Program-made: the position numbers and the translations under genes
Origin: Candidatus Kaiserbacteria bacterium
GTDB lineage: Bacteria; Patescibacteriota; Minisyncoccia; Phycocordibacterales; UBA2100
DNA: 64,000 nt
Assembly (NCBI GenBank): GCA_016432285.1
Contig: CP066682.1
Location: 439,072-503,071, forward strand
Direction of reading: 5' to 3'
Notes under the pieces: generated by a model
Seen by the model: the letters and a program-made list of their open reading frames with translations, nothing else
The model's database searches: none
Told to the model about the DNA's origin: nothing
Shown here: piece by piece, positions 48,464 to 61,033 of the stretch
Layout of the letters: every line of letters begins with the position of its first letter
How positions within the stretch are numbered: the first letter of the stretch is position 1

Positions 48464-49060
48464 ATGCAGCAAAATAACCAGGTATGGGTGGGCGGAATCG
48501 CGCTTGCGATCGTCGCCGTCTTGGGCTTGTGGTGGCTCGCCGCGAGCCAGGGCGTCAATCTCGCAGGTCTCAATCTTCCTCCGCGCATCGACACTGCAAC
48601 GACGCCGGGGAACGGCACCGGGAGCGGTGATAGCACCGTCAGCACGAGCAATAGGGCCGGAAGCGACGTGCTTTCGATCGTGCGCAGCATCGAAGGGGGC
48701 TCGGAGTTTTCGGCCCTCCTTTCATCGACAGGAGTTTCCTCGCAAATCCGCCGCACGGGGCAGTACACGATTTTCGTACCGACCAACAGTGCCCTCAACA
48801 CTTCCGGCATGACGGCCGCCGAAAAGAAGCGCCTCGCGCAGTATCACGTGGTCTCCGGGAGAGCGATCGATCCGGACGCTGTCTCGAGCGGAACGATCGA
48901 GACGCTTTCGCGCGACAGCGTCAACTTTACCGTCAATGACACCGACGGCACCGCGCGGATCAACAGCTCCTACATCATCCGTGCGTATCGGGGCACCAAT
49001 GGCGTGGTTTTCCTCGTGAGCGGGTACCTGATTCCGCCCGAGCCGAATCCTGCGTTTTAA
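48464..49060 (+). CDS. membrane-anchored fasciclin domain protein
   Basis: YTIFVPTNSA, QYHVV, TNGVVF. Confidence 0.88.
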   Translation: MQQNNQVWVGGIALAIVAVLGLWWLAASQGVNLAGLNLPPRIDTATTPGNGTGSGDSTVSTSNRAGSDVLSIVRSIEGGSEFSALLSSTGVSSQIRRTGQYTIFVPTNSALNTSGMTAAEKKRLAQYHVVSGRAIDPDAVSSGTIETLSRDSVNFTVNDTDGTARINSSYIIRAYRGTNGVVFLVSGYLIPPEPNPAF

Positions 49061-49126
49061 ACTGACTCTCCGCGGCACACATGTGTGCTTCCGAGCGGAT
49101 GTGTTTGTTGGTATGATGCCGCCATC

Positions 49127-49912
49127 ATGCCAGAAGGAGCTGCGTATACAGAGGGGGCCGCAGAAGCGGCGCAGGAAGGCGGGATTCACGTGGCGATCGC
49201 CGCCGAAAAACTCGGTGATTTTTTCGGTATTCCCATCACTAACACGCTCGTGACGAGCTGGCTCGTCATCGGCATACTGGTCGCCCTCGCGTTCGTTCTC
49301 GGACCCCGGCTCAAGATGATTCCGGGTAGGCTCCAGACCCTCCTTGAGGAGCTCTTCGCGTACGTATACGACTACGTCGCCGAGACGCTTGAGAGCAGAG
49401 AGATGGCGCGCCGCTTCTTTCCGCTCCTCATGACGATCTTCCTCTTCGTCTTCGTCGGCAACATGATCCACTTCCTGCCCGGCATCGGCTCCATCACGTA
49501 CCTCCACGAACCGCTTTTGCGCGCGCCCTCGACCGATCTCACGGTGCCGCTCGTGCTCGCGCTCATCTCTTTCTTCGTGATCGAGATCAGCGGCATCGCG
49601 GCGATCGGCGTGTGGAAATACGGGAGTAAATTCGTGCAGAATCCCTTTCGCAATCCGCTCGGTTTTGCGATTGGCCTCATCGAACTGATCGGAGAGCTGG
49701 TGCGCGTGGTCTCGCTCTCGTTCCGGCTCTTTGGCAACATCCTCGCGGGCGAGGTGGTGATCGGCGTCGCGATCTTTTTCGCGCCCTACCTCGGGCCCGT
49801 GCCGCTGATGCTCTTTGAGATCTTCATCGGCACCTTGCAGGCCGCGATCTTCGCGCTGCTCACGCTCTTTTTCATCAAGCTCGCCATCGCCGAGCCGCAC
49901 GGCGAGCACTAG
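49127..49912 (+). CDS. atpB: ATP synthase Fo subunit a
   Basis: PITNT, PGRLQ, SLSFRLFGNILAGE, LQAAIF. Confidence 0.95.
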   Translation: MPEGAAYTEGAAEAAQEGGIHVAIAAEKLGDFFGIPITNTLVTSWLVIGILVALAFVLGPRLKMIPGRLQTLLEELFAYVYDYVAETLESREMARRFFPLLMTIFLFVFVGNMIHFLPGIGSITYLHEPLLRAPSTDLTVPLVLALISFFVIEISGIAAIGVWKYGSKFVQNPFRNPLGFAIGLIELIGELVRVVSLSFRLFGNILAGEVVIGVAIFFAPYLGPVPLMLFEIFIGTLQAAIFALLTLFFIKLAIAEPHGEH

Positions 49913-49990
49913 TTATCCAGTTTGCCCTCGGGGGGAGAACGTATATAATTCGGCCATCATTTATCAAGTTTTGCGCAATACATCATTTAA

Positions 49991-50220
<230 letters not shown>

Positions 50221-50221
<1 letters not shown>

Positions 50222-50340
50222 TTCGCGCAATTCCGGCGTACTGCATCGTTGCGGTTCGCTCGACGCTGCTCATCGTATGTGGAATACGACTCGCAACCTC
50301 TCGCTCCCGCGCCTCGCATTACATCCGGAATTGCGCGAAC
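50221..50340. repeat. 120-bp palindromic MITE/RPE-like element
   Basis: 16-bp terminal inverted repeat gttcgcgcaattccgg; internal motifs shared with 8132-8251. Confidence 0.75.
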
Positions 50341-50355
50341 TTGTAGGATAGGGAT

Positions 50356-50802
50356 ATGTCAGAACTCTTCGCAGCATTTGGTATCAATTGGAAACTCCTG
50401 CTCACGCAGGCGCTCAATTTCGGCGTGCTGCTTGCCGCGCTCTGGTACTTCCTCTACCGGCCGGTGTTGAAGATGATCGACGATCGGCGCGCCAAAATCG
50501 CGGAGGGCGTGCAGAAGGCCGAAGCAGCGGAGCGCCAGCTTGCCGACGCGAAAGCCGAGGGCGATTCGCTCATCGGCTCCGCCTCGCGCGAAGCGGAGGG
50601 TCTCGTGGCGGCCGCCAGGACGCGAGCGGAAGGCAGGGCGGACGAGATAGTAAAGGGCGCGGAAGGGCAGGCGGCGAGCATCCTGAAGGACGCGGCTGCC
50701 CGCGCTGAAGAAGCGAAGCGCGCGGCGCTTCAAGAGAGCCAAAAGGAGATCGCGCGCGCTGCGATGCTCGCCGCCGAAAAGATTTTGCGCGAAAAAGCAT
50801 AA
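50356..50802 (+). CDS. atpF: ATP synthase Fo subunit b
   Basis: GINW..LL.Q..NF, YRPVLKMIDDRRAKI coiled coil. Confidence 0.94.
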   Translation: MSELFAAFGINWKLLLTQALNFGVLLAALWYFLYRPVLKMIDDRRAKIAEGVQKAEAAERQLADAKAEGDSLIGSASREAEGLVAAARTRAEGRADEIVKGAEGQAASILKDAAARAEEAKRAALQESQKEIARAAMLAAEKILREKA

Positions 50803-50804
50803 GT

Positions 50805-51197
50805 ATGGAAAACGAATACGCGCACGCACTTGCCGAGATGATCGAAAAGGGGATGAGTCCCGCGAAGGCCGTGGGTGAGCTTCACAAAACGCTCCTTGCG
50901 CACGGGCGCGAGGCGCTCTTGCCGCGCATTGGTCGCGCCTTTGCTCGCATCGCTGCCCGCAAGAGGCTAAAAAGCGAGCTGCGCCTTACGGTCGCCACAG
51001 AGGGCGATGCGCGGCAAGCCGAACGCGAAGCAAAGGCCACGCTCACGGATCTCGACGTCGATTCCGCTGATCTGGAGACTGTCGTCGATGGGAGCCTCAT
51101 CGGCGGGTGGCGCCTCGAAGGCCGGGAACGCCTCGTGGATGCGAGCTACAAAAAATATCTTCTCGACATTTATCACCGCGCCACGGGTGCTGTATAA
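50805..51197 (+). CDS. atpH: ATP synthase delta subunit (short)
   Basis: [17 protein letters not shown]; operon position. Confidence 0.85.
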   Translation: MENEYAHALAEMIEKGMSPAKAVGELHKTLLAHGREALLPRIGRAFARIAARKRLKSELRLTVATEGDARQAEREAKATLTDLDVDSADLETVVDGSLIGGWRLEGRERLVDASYKKYLLDIYHRATGAV

Positions 51198-51211
51198 TCG
51201 CTTTTTCACGT

Positions 51212-52780
51212 ATGGACGCCGCAACAGTGCAAAAAATCGTTCGCGAAATCGAAAAGTTCGTGCCCGCAACGGAGAGTGAACATGTGGGCCGCGTGGTCTC
51301 GGTGGGCGATGGCGTCGTCGCGATCGACGGCCTCTCCAAAGCGGTGATGGGCGAAATCGTCCACTTCGAAGAAAATAAGGGGAAGAAACTCGCCGATGCG
51401 ATGAAAGACGGGGGCGCGATCCAGGGGCTCATTCTCAATCTTGAGGAAGACGGCGTTATGGCGGCAGTCCTCGGGGACACGGCGCGCGTGCAGGAAGGTA
51501 TGACCGTGAAATCGACCGGCAAGATTCTCGAAGTCGCTTCCGGCGATGAGCTCTTGGGGCGCGTGGTGAATGCGCTTGGTGAACCAATCGACGGCAAAGG
51601 CCCTTTCAAGAAGCCGACCATGATGCCCGTGGAGCGACAGGCTTCGGGTGTGATCGATCGACAATCTGTGAGCGTGCCGCTTCAGACTGGCATCAAGGCG
51701 ATCGACGCCATGATCCCGATTGGTCGCGGCCAACGCGAGCTGATCATTGGAGACCGAGGCACCGGCAAGACGACGGTCGCGATCGACACGATTTTGAACC
51801 AGAAGAACGAACCGAAAGAGCGGCGCCCGATCTGCATCTACGTGGCGATCGGCCAGAAGGAATCGAAGACCGCGCGCATCACGCAGCAGCTTCGCGAGGC
51901 CGGGGCCCTCGAGTATTCGATCATCGTCGATGCTCCCGCCTCTGCCCCGGCCGCTCTGCAATTTCTCGCGCCGTTCGCGGGCGTTGCCATCGGAGAATAT
52001 TTCATGGACGCGGGGCGCGACGTGCTGATCGTTTACGACGATCTCTCGAAGCAGGCCGTAGCCTACCGCCAGCTCTCGCTCCTTTTGCGCCGTCCGCCGG
52101 GCCGCGAAGCATACCCAGGCGACATTTTCTATCTCCACTCGCGCCTTCTTGAGCGATCGGCGCGCCTTTCTGAAGAAAAGGGTGGCGGCTCCATCACCGC
52201 GCTTCCCATCATCGAAACGCAGGAAGGCGACGTCTCCGGTTACATCCCGACCAACGTCATTTCGATCACCGACGGACAGATGTTTCTCATCACGGATCTT
52301 TTCAACAAAGGCATCCGGCCGGCGATCGACGTGGGTATCTCCGTCTCACGCGTGGGCTCTGCCGCGCAAACGAAAGCGATGAAAGCGGTTGCGGGCGGCA
52401 TCAAGCTGGAGCTCGCGCAGTTTCGAGAGCTGGAGGCCTTTATGCAGTTCGCGTCTGATCTCGATAAAGAAACGGCCGACCGCATCGAATCGGGCCGCCG
52501 CATGGTAGAGGTGCTGAAGCAGAAGAACGGCGCGCCGATTCCGCTCGAAAAGCAGGTGGCCGCCATCTACGCCGCCAACCAGAAGTTTTTTCTCGCGGTG
52601 CCCGTGGGGAAGGTAACGGCTGTGGAGCAGCTCTTCGTCGATTTTCTCGACGCGCAGCACAAGAAGACGCTCGACGAGATCAAGAAGAGCGCACAGCTTT
52701 CTGACGAATCGAAGAAGGATCTCAATAAGGCAATGGAAGAATTCCGTCTCGCGCACCCGGAGCACTTCGCCTCGAAATAG
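51212..52780 (+). CDS. atpA: ATP synthase F1 alpha subunit
   Basis: [32 protein letters not shown]. Confidence 0.97.
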   Translation: MDAATVQKIVREIEKFVPATESEHVGRVVSVGDGVVAIDGLSKAVMGEIVHFEENKGKKLADAMKDGGAIQGLILNLEEDGVMAAVLGDTARVQEGMTVKSTGKILEVASGDELLGRVVNALGEPIDGKGPFKKPTMMPVERQASGVIDRQSVSVPLQTGIKAIDAMIPIGRGQRELIIGDRGTGKTTVAIDTILNQKNEPKERRPICIYVAIGQKESKTARITQQLREAGALEYSIIVDAPASAPAALQFLAPFAGVAIGEYFMDAGRDVLIVYDDLSKQAVAYRQLSLLLRRPPGREAYPGDIFYLHSRLLERSARLSEEKGGGSITALPIIETQEGDVSGYIPTNVISITDGQMFLITDLFNKGIRPAIDVGISVSRVGSAAQTKAMKAVAGGIKLELAQFRELEAFMQFASDLDKETADRIESGRRMVEVLKQKNGAPIPLEKQVAAIYAANQKFFLAVPVGKVTAVEQLFVDFLDAQHKKTLDEIKKSAQLSDESKKDLNKAMEEFRLAHPEHFASK

Positions 52781-52822
52781 AAATATGGACATTCGATGTC
52801 CATATTTTCTTCATACGTAGCT

Positions 52823-53740
52823 ATGGCCTCGCTCAAAGACATCAAGCTCAAGATCCTCTCGTACAAAAAGACGGGCACCGTTACGCACGCCATGGAGGCG
52901 GTGTCGGCCGTGAAGATGCGGAAGAGTCAGGAGCGTGCGCTCTCGGGCCGATCCTACGCCGCAGCAGCGCTCTCGGTTTTGGAGCGCATGAGCGGCACCG
53001 CAGATGTGGAGCGGCACGCTCTCGTGCAGGAGCAGGAGGGGAAGACCTGCTTCATCGTCGTAACGAGCGACAAAGGACTCGCGGGCTCTCTCAATAGCGC
53101 GGTCATCAAGCGCGTGGAGCAGGAAATTGGGAGGCTTAGCCTCCCAAAAAACGACGTCGCGATCATCGCGATGGGCCGGAAGGGCGGGGATTATTTTCTC
53201 GCGCGCGGGTACGAAGTGCGCCTGAAGCAGGAGAACGTCAGCGACGGTGTGTCCGAATCTGACGTACGGCGCATTACCGACACGCTGCGGGGTTGGCGCG
53301 ACGCGGGCGAGATCGGCCCCGTCTTTATCGCGTACACCAACTTTCTCTCCACCTTCGAGCAGGAGGCGGTCGCCCGCAGGATCGTGCCGATCACGAGCGA
53401 GACCATGCACGAGATGGTCGCCGGCATCAGGCCCGCGCGCGGCAAGTACGCGCCCGAGGTGGCCGAGCGGCACGAGAATCCGGCGGCGTACACGATCGAG
53501 CCGGACACCGACGTGGTGCTCGAAGCGCTTTTGCCGAAGCTGCTCAACATCGCCGTCTTTCACGGCGTCCTCGAATCGAAGGCGTCGGAACACTCCGCCC
53601 GCATGGTGGCCATGAAGAGCGCGACCGACAAGGCGAAGGAAATGGCACAGGATCTCACGCGCACCTTCAACAGAGTGCGCCAGGCCGCGATCACGCGCGA
53701 GGTCTCCGAAATCACCTCCGGTATCGAGGCGATGAAATAG
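52823..53740 (+). CDS. atpG: ATP synthase F1 gamma subunit
   Basis: SDKGLAG, ASEHSARMVAM, RQAAITRE. Confidence 0.96.
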   Translation: MASLKDIKLKILSYKKTGTVTHAMEAVSAVKMRKSQERALSGRSYAAAALSVLERMSGTADVERHALVQEQEGKTCFIVVTSDKGLAGSLNSAVIKRVEQEIGRLSLPKNDVAIIAMGRKGGDYFLARGYEVRLKQENVSDGVSESDVRRITDTLRGWRDAGEIGPVFIAYTNFLSTFEQEAVARRIVPITSETMHEMVAGIRPARGKYAPEVAERHENPAAYTIEPDTDVVLEALLPKLLNIAVFHGVLESKASEHSARMVAMKSATDKAKEMAQDLTRTFNRVRQAAITREVSEITSGIEAMK

Positions 53741-53741
53741 C

Positions 53742-54086
53742 ATGAAAGAGGGGATCGACAAGAATTTCGACAAGCGGGCCGACCGCATCACGAAGATGGA
53801 TGACGACGCTAACATGAAAGGCGCGATCCTGAACGCCGTCCACCGTATCCCACCGGATTTCTATACCAAGCACAAATTCAAGGACAAGCACATCGATGAG
53901 TTCCACGAAAATCTCGAGGCGCGATTCCTTAAGGCCAGCCTCACGGTTCGTCCGCAAGAGCTTCGCGAGCTCTCGGTGGAGATCCTGCGCGACACCATGA
54001 AAGCGGCGGGCATCGAAGCCCCTGGCTTTCGAGACGAGTTCAGGGAGGCGCTCGAAGAAATGATGCGCGTCGAGCGGCATGCGTGA
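53742..54086 (+). CDS. hypothetical helical protein inside the atp operon
   Basis: 114 aa; abuts atpG and overlaps the next gene. Confidence 0.7.
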   Translation: MKEGIDKNFDKRADRITKMDDDANMKGAILNAVHRIPPDFYTKHKFKDKHIDEFHENLEARFLKASLTVRPQELRELSVEILRDTMKAAGIEAPGFRDEFREALEEMMRVERHA

Positions 54087-54659
54087 GCTTTTGATCGCGA
54101 CGCGCAATCCCGGCAAGGTAGCCGAGATCAAGGCAGCGCTCCAGGGACTCCCGCTCACGTTTGTTTCACTTGAAGACACCGATGCGGGCGATGTGGAGGA
54201 AACGGGTGCCACGCTCGTTGAGAATGCAGTCCTGAAGGCGCGCGTCTACGGGGATTGGACCGGAAAGCTCGCGATTGCGGATGATTCCGGGCTGGAAGTC
54301 GATGCTTTGAACGGCGCGCCGGGTGTGGCGAGTGCGCGCTATGCAAAGAGCGATTCGGCGCGGATCGATAAGCTGCTCCGAGAGCTCGCAAGCGTCCCGG
54401 AGGCGCGACGCACGGCGAAGTTTCGCTCCGTGATCGCCATCCACGATCCGGCGATCGGAAAGACCGCGGTGGCGGAGGGAAGCGCCGAGGGGCATATTCT
54501 TTCGGCGCGAAGGGGGGAGCAGGGATTCGGGTACGATCCGATTTTTTTGTATGACGAGGCCCGGAAAAGCGGCGGGGAGATGAGCCGCGAGGAGAAAAAT
54601 GCGGTAAGCCATCGCGGCAAAGCGCTCGCGAAGGCACGTGAGCTGTTGAAACAATATAT

Positions 54660-54663
<4 letters not shown>
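54079..54663 (+). CDS. rdgB: non-canonical purine NTP pyrophosphatase (RdgB/HAM1)
   Basis: ATRNPGK, ADDSGL, PGV.SAR, GFGYDPIF, SHRGKA. Confidence 0.95.
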
Positions 54664-56452
<1,789 letters not shown>

Positions 56453-56463
56453 ACCGTGCACAT

Positions 56464-56715
56464 ATGGCCGAGAAAGAAACGTTGCATCTCGTGATCGCAA
56501 GCGTGGGTGAGACGCGCTTCGACGGGCGCGCCGCATCTGCCACGATTCCCACCACAGCAGGTGAGATCACGGTGCTGCCTCATCACGAGGCGATCGTCTC
56601 CACACTGAAGCCTGGCACGATCACTGTGCGGGAAACCTCAGGCGAACAAAAGACCTTCCCGATCGACGGCGGCGTCTTGGAGGTGTCCGGCAACCGCGCG
56701 GTTGTCCTCCTCTAA
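56464..56715 (+). CDS. atpC: ATP synthase epsilon subunit (N-terminal domain only)
   Basis: GEITVLPHH, GGVLEV; lacks the C-terminal helices. Confidence 0.88.
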   Translation: MAEKETLHLVIASVGETRFDGRAASATIPTTAGEITVLPHHEAIVSTLKPGTITVRETSGEQKTFPIDGGVLEVSGNRAVVLL

Positions 56716-56847
56716 CTTTTTCGGACCCGTCCTTTTGCTACCTACACCCATCTCGCGCGGCCGCGCACGATAGGTGTATTCGGCCATCGTAGAACACGCC
56801 CGAAGTTTTCAACACTGGGCGGCGGGAGAGCGTCATAAGAGGCTACA

Positions 56848-58752
56848 ATGGAGCCAATGCCGAGCAAAGGCGCGTGGCTCTTGTTGTTCGCACTACTTGT
56901 GGGGTCGCTCCCCCAGGTTGTTGCTGCAAAAGTCGAGCCCATTTGCGCGGGCGGAAAAACGCAGCTTCCGCAGCAGGAAGCTCGCTCCATCCCCATGACG
57001 CCTCAGACACCGGCGCAGGTGAAGCAGTATCTGAAAGGTATTTCGTGCGCGAACGCCTGTTACGACGTGCAGGTAGTCTTTAGCGTGAGCGGGATGCGGC
57101 TCGGCGTGCAGTTGCAGACCATCAACAGGTGCGCCCCTGCTTCCATGAGCAATCCCACCGGGCTCGACCCCGCCTTGAGCGCGCCGCCGCGAGGTTGTGG
57201 AGCGGGGCAGCGCAAACCCGAAGGCACGGTCATCAAGCCCGACCGCACGAAAGAGGGACCAAAGAGCCGTTGCGACGGCAAACTGACGGACGGTCTTGAT
57301 GAGGCGGTCGACAAACTCTCCCAAAAGATGCTGAGCGGGCAGAGACTCACCGCCGATGATCTGAAAGACGCGTTTGCCACCGTCGCCGCGGCAGAGACGG
57401 TAACCTCGCCCATTTCCGGTGGTTTTAGTCAGGCGCTCTCGAGTGCGCTGCAAGACAAACTCAACATCTCGGCGTCGGAAGCCGATCGGATCGCCAATAC
57501 CAACGCCGATAAGGCAAGAGCGATGCTGAGCGCCTACGCCAACGGCGATGCCACTAAGCTGAAGGAGCTTTCCGAAAGCGAGGGTATCGCGCTCAACAAC
57601 GACGTGCTCACAAATTCCGAACGGTTGACCGCCGATCAGAAATCGGAAGCGCTGCAACAGTTGCGGGATATTGATGCAATCCAGCGCGATCAGACGACGG
57701 GATTTGGGGATGTACCCTCGAAGCCGACAGACATGGATCTGTGGAAATATGGCATCTGCAAAAAGGAAAGCAGTTGTGATAACCCGCGATCAAACCCTTA
57801 TCAGAAGATCGGGCCACGCATCACCGACCCGAGATCGAGATATTTCGGCGACCATGCTTATGGAAAGTACCAAATGATGGGTAAGAATCTTCCGGAATGG
57901 TCTCAGCAAGTGCTCGGGCGCAACGTGTCCATTTCTGAATTTATGGCGAACCCGGATTTACAGGAAAAGATATTTGAGGGAAAGTTTGGGCCCCTCGTGG
58001 AGAAATACGGCTCGGCTGTCAAAGCCGCCGTTGTGTGGTTCTCGGGCGAGGGCGGTCTCAGGAACCTCGGTCGTGCAGATCAGCTCGGTACGACGGCCGC
58101 GAGATATGCCGCAGACTTTGCGGCAGCAATTGGTGGTGGTGGCATTCCGGGCGGCTATCTCGCCAACCTGACGAAGCCCGGGCTCTCTGGTCTATTGGGC
58201 GGTGGATTTGGTGCAGGGCTTGGTGGCGGGCTCGGCGGGGAATCGGGATCGCCGTTCAATCTCGGGTCCCTTCTTTCCGGGCTCACCAAAGGATTCGGGG
58301 GCTCCGGTGGTTCGCGGCCACCAAGCGGCGGTGGAGGCTACGTGGGTGGAGGTGCTCCGGCACAAAGTGGGGGCGGCTACGTGGCGCCGAGCGGCGGGGC
58401 ACCCGTCTCGGGGCAGACCTATCCGGTAACGCCAGTTTCGCAACAAATCCAACCGGTCGTAACGACCCCGCAAATCAAACCGGTCGCCACCATCCTCGTG
58501 CAGCCGAAAGAGGTGCAACGAGGATCATCGATCACTGTCTCGTGGTCGAGCGTCGGCATGAATTCCAGCATTCCGTGTCAGGTGTTCCAGAAGACTCCGG
58601 ATGTAACGACCGTCATCGGCGTTGGCAACGAGGGCACGAAGCGAGTTACCACAAATACCGCAGACCCGCTCGGCACGTGGGAGTTTCGCGTGGAGTGCTC
58701 CGCGCTCGTCGGCGGCTCAATACAGCAAACTTCGAGCGTGACGGTCAAATAA
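56848..58752 (+). CDS. secreted multidomain protein with a lysozyme/transglycosylase-like domain
   Basis: Signal peptide, Cys-rich N-terminus, ICKKES...AYGKYQ...QE motif set, Gly-rich linker, Ig-like C-terminus. Confidence 0.72.
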   Translation: MEPMPSKGAWLLLFALLVGSLPQVVAAKVEPICAGGKTQLPQQEARSIPMTPQTPAQVKQYLKGISCANACYDVQVVFSVSGMRLGVQLQTINRCAPASMSNPTGLDPALSAPPRGCGAGQRKPEGTVIKPDRTKEGPKSRCDGKLTDGLDEAVDKLSQKMLSGQRLTADDLKDAFATVAAAETVTSPISGGFSQALSSALQDKLNISASEADRIANTNADKARAMLSAYANGDATKLKELSESEGIALNNDVLTNSERLTADQKSEALQQLRDIDAIQRDQTTGFGDVPSKPTDMDLWKYGICKKESSCDNPRSNPYQKIGPRITDPRSRYFGDHAYGKYQMMGKNLPEWSQQVLGRNVSISEFMANPDLQEKIFEGKFGPLVEKYGSAVKAAVVWFSGEGGLRNLGRADQLGTTAARYAADFAAAIGGGGIPGGYLANLTKPGLSGLLGGGFGAGLGGGLGGESGSPFNLGSLLSGLTKGFGGSGGSRPPSGGGGYVGGGAPAQSGGGYVAPSGGAPVSGQTYPVTPVSQQIQPVVTTPQIKPVATILVQPKEVQRGSSITVSWSSVGMNSSIPCQVFQKTPDVTTVIGVGNEGTKRVTTNTADPLGTWEFRVECSALVGGSIQQTSSVTVK

Positions 58753-58851
58753 ATGAGCCGCAAGTTTCAGCGCACCGTCGAAGATTTCGTTTGCGAGCAC
58801 CCCATTGGAAAGTGCTCCGCGTTTCCAACGGGGCAGGCTGCGTCCGTATGA
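58753..58851 (+). pseudogene. truncated RNHCP gene 5' fragment ending in a REP-like palindrome (58800-58833)
   Basis: MSRKFQRTVEDFVCEH parallels the downstream MSFTRKIEDFICEH; followed by ccccattggaaa...tttccaacgggg. Confidence 0.65.
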
Positions 58852-59141
58852 GCTTTACCCGAAAGATTGAAGACTTCATTTGTGAACACTGTGGGCAGAC
58901 CGTGAAAGGGACCGGCTACACCAATCACTGCCCGCAGTGTTTGTGGTCGAAGCATGTCGACCAGAATCCCGGCGACCGTGCGGAGGCCTGCGGCGGTACG
59001 ATGGCCCCGATTCGCGTTGAGGGCGGCACCGACGCCTACGTGCTCATACATCGCTGCGAAAAATGCGGGGTGGAGAAGCGCAACAAAGTAGACGCGCGCG
59101 ACAGCTCGGCCGCACTCCTTACGATTGCCAAAGGGCGATGA
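58848..59141 (+). CDS. RNHCP domain zinc-ribbon protein
   Basis: FICEHCG, TNHCPQCLWSKHVD, PGDR..CGG.M, HRC..CG. Confidence 0.9.
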   Translation: MSFTRKIEDFICEHCGQTVKGTGYTNHCPQCLWSKHVDQNPGDRAEACGGTMAPIRVEGGTDAYVLIHRCEKCGVEKRNKVDARDSSAALLTIAKGR

Positions 59142-59159
59142 GCCTTACATAATGGTGCG

Positions 59160-59615
59160 ATGGCGGAGCAAGAAGACTACGCGCGGCAGCATCTTTTAGG
59201 CAGCACCGGAGTGCCGCACTACCATGGCGATCTCGTCCGGCAGGTATTCATGATTGCTTCGGCCGCAATGCTTCTCGGCCTCCCATTTTACGGAGATTCT
59301 TTGCGACTCGAGCTTCCTTTCGTGCTGGTGGGTGGACTTGTCTTAATTGCTCTTGCGGCTCTCACGAATCCACACGCGGGTACGGTGATGTACGCGAGTG
59401 CGATCGCTTCCGGAGTGGGATTGGCCATCTATCAGACCTGGGCACTTTTTTCATACGATGAAAGCACCTGGACGCAGTTTTTACTTCGCGAAGTGGTCGC
59501 TCTTCTTTTTTTGGTGGCCTTCTATTTCAGCATGAAAACAGTTCGCGCGCTCATTTTTCACCAGATCGGCAAGCACGAGGAGGCGGGGGAGTTTGACGAA
59601 CCTCAGGCTCGCTAG
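59160..59615 (+). CDS. 4-TM hypothetical membrane protein
   Basis: HYHGD.VR motif followed by four hydrophobic helices. Confidence 0.75.
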   Translation: MAEQEDYARQHLLGSTGVPHYHGDLVRQVFMIASAAMLLGLPFYGDSLRLELPFVLVGGLVLIALAALTNPHAGTVMYASAIASGVGLAIYQTWALFSYDESTWTQFLLREVVALLFLVAFYFSMKTVRALIFHQIGKHEEAGEFDEPQAR

Positions 59616-59627
59616 CGGATTCTCCAT

Positions 59628-60221
59628 ATGGCTGCCAAGAAAATTTTTCTGCTACTCGGACATCCGGATAAGAGCGGCATGTGCGGCGCGCTCGCCGACA
59701 CGTACGAGAGCGCGGCGAAAGCGGCGGGGCACATGGTGCAGCGCCTCAATATCGGGGAGATGCAATTCGATCCGATCCTCCGGAGGGGGTACCGGGCGCG
59801 ACAAGATTTGGAGCCGGATCTCGCGAAGTTTCAGGAGCTCGTGTACTGGGCCGACCATGTGGTGATCGTGTACCCCGTGTGGTGGGTCGGGATGCCCGCC
59901 ATCCTCAAAGGGCTCTTTGATCGCGCGTGGCTTCCCGGCTCCGCTTTTCGCTACATCAAAACCCATGCCGGCACGCGTACGATCTTTTGGCACCGGCTCT
60001 TTCGTGGCAAATCGGCGCGTATCATCATGACGAGCGGCACGCATCCGATCCTCGTGCGCTTTCTGCCGGGCAACGTCAACGCGCAGCTGAAGTGGGGGAT
60101 TCTGTGGTTCGCGGGTTTTCGCGTATCCACCGTGTGGTTTGGGCCGGCCGAAAACGTGCCGGAGCATCGCAAAGCGCGTTGGCTTCAGAAGGTGGCGATG
60201 CTCGGCAAACGCGGGAAGTAG
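59628..60221 (+). CDS. flavodoxin-like NAD(P)H:quinone oxidoreductase family protein
   Basis: GHP..S, WADHVVIVYPVWW..MPAILKG.FDR. Confidence 0.9.
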   Translation: MAAKKIFLLLGHPDKSGMCGALADTYESAAKAAGHMVQRLNIGEMQFDPILRRGYRARQDLEPDLAKFQELVYWADHVVIVYPVWWVGMPAILKGLFDRAWLPGSAFRYIKTHAGTRTIFWHRLFRGKSARIIMTSGTHPILVRFLPGNVNAQLKWGILWFAGFRVSTVWFGPAENVPEHRKARWLQKVAMLGKRGK

Positions 60222-60269
60222 CGTTCTGCGCTTCTTGACAGGGAAGCCGGATCGCTGCAAAATCGCGGC

Positions 60270-60995
60270 ATGAACAGACTCACTACAAGATTCGCCCCGG
60301 TCCTCATCATCTTGGCGTTCGCCATTGCGGCTGTTTTGACCTTCGCCACGCCCGCCTTCGCGGACGGCCACTGGTGCGGATCCACATGGTCTTCCTTCCC
60401 GTGCACTTCCTCCGATTGGGGCAACCAGGGGTATCAGGGCTACCAGTGGGGTGCCGGAACGTATCCTGGATATTACGGCTCCACCTACCCGACCTATCCG
60501 AACAATTATTACGGCTACAACCAGTATCCATACAGCTATCAATACCCGTACGGCTACCAGTATCAGTATGGCAACTCGTACTACCAGTACGGCTACAACC
60601 GCCCGACCTGTACGATTTCGTACTCTGCGCAGAACACGTACGGCAATTACTACGGCAACGGCTACTATGGCAACAGCTACTCCGGCAACTCCGGCAACTA
60701 CGGCAATTACGGTTACTACAATCCGGCGCAGCCGATCACGCTCACGTGGACTTCGCAGAACGCCTCCTCGGCGAGCATCACGGGCGTCGGGTCGGTGCAA
60801 ACGAGCGGCTCAATGACGGTCTACCCGGCGGGCAACACGACCTACACGATGACCGTGCAGGGCGCAGGCGGCAGCAACTCCTGCCAGACGGCGTACTATC
60901 CGACACTCCAGTACCAGAGCTATCCGTATGGTTACGGTTACGGGCAGAACTACGGCTATCCGTACTACGGCAACAATTACAACTACGGGTACTAA
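60270..60995 (+). CDS. secreted Tyr/Gly/Asn-rich protein with a split Ig-like domain
   Basis: Signal peptide; Tyr-rich tracts; PTCTI...ITLTWTSQNA...TTYTMTV.G.GG..SC. Confidence 0.8.
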   Translation: MNRLTTRFAPVLIILAFAIAAVLTFATPAFADGHWCGSTWSSFPCTSSDWGNQGYQGYQWGAGTYPGYYGSTYPTYPNNYYGYNQYPYSYQYPYGYQYQYGNSYYQYGYNRPTCTISYSAQNTYGNYYGNGYYGNSYSGNSGNYGNYGYYNPAQPITLTWTSQNASSASITGVGSVQTSGSMTVYPAGNTTYTMTVQGAGGSNSCQTAYYPTLQYQSYPYGYGYGQNYGYPYYGNNYNYGY

Positions 60996-61033
60996 ATAGA
61001 TAAAGAGCGCGCTCTCTGCTATGATTCGCGCTC

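Noticed and set aside
56464-56715. atpC pseudogene
   Set aside because: Clean start and stop with an intact N-terminal domain; short epsilon subunits are known.
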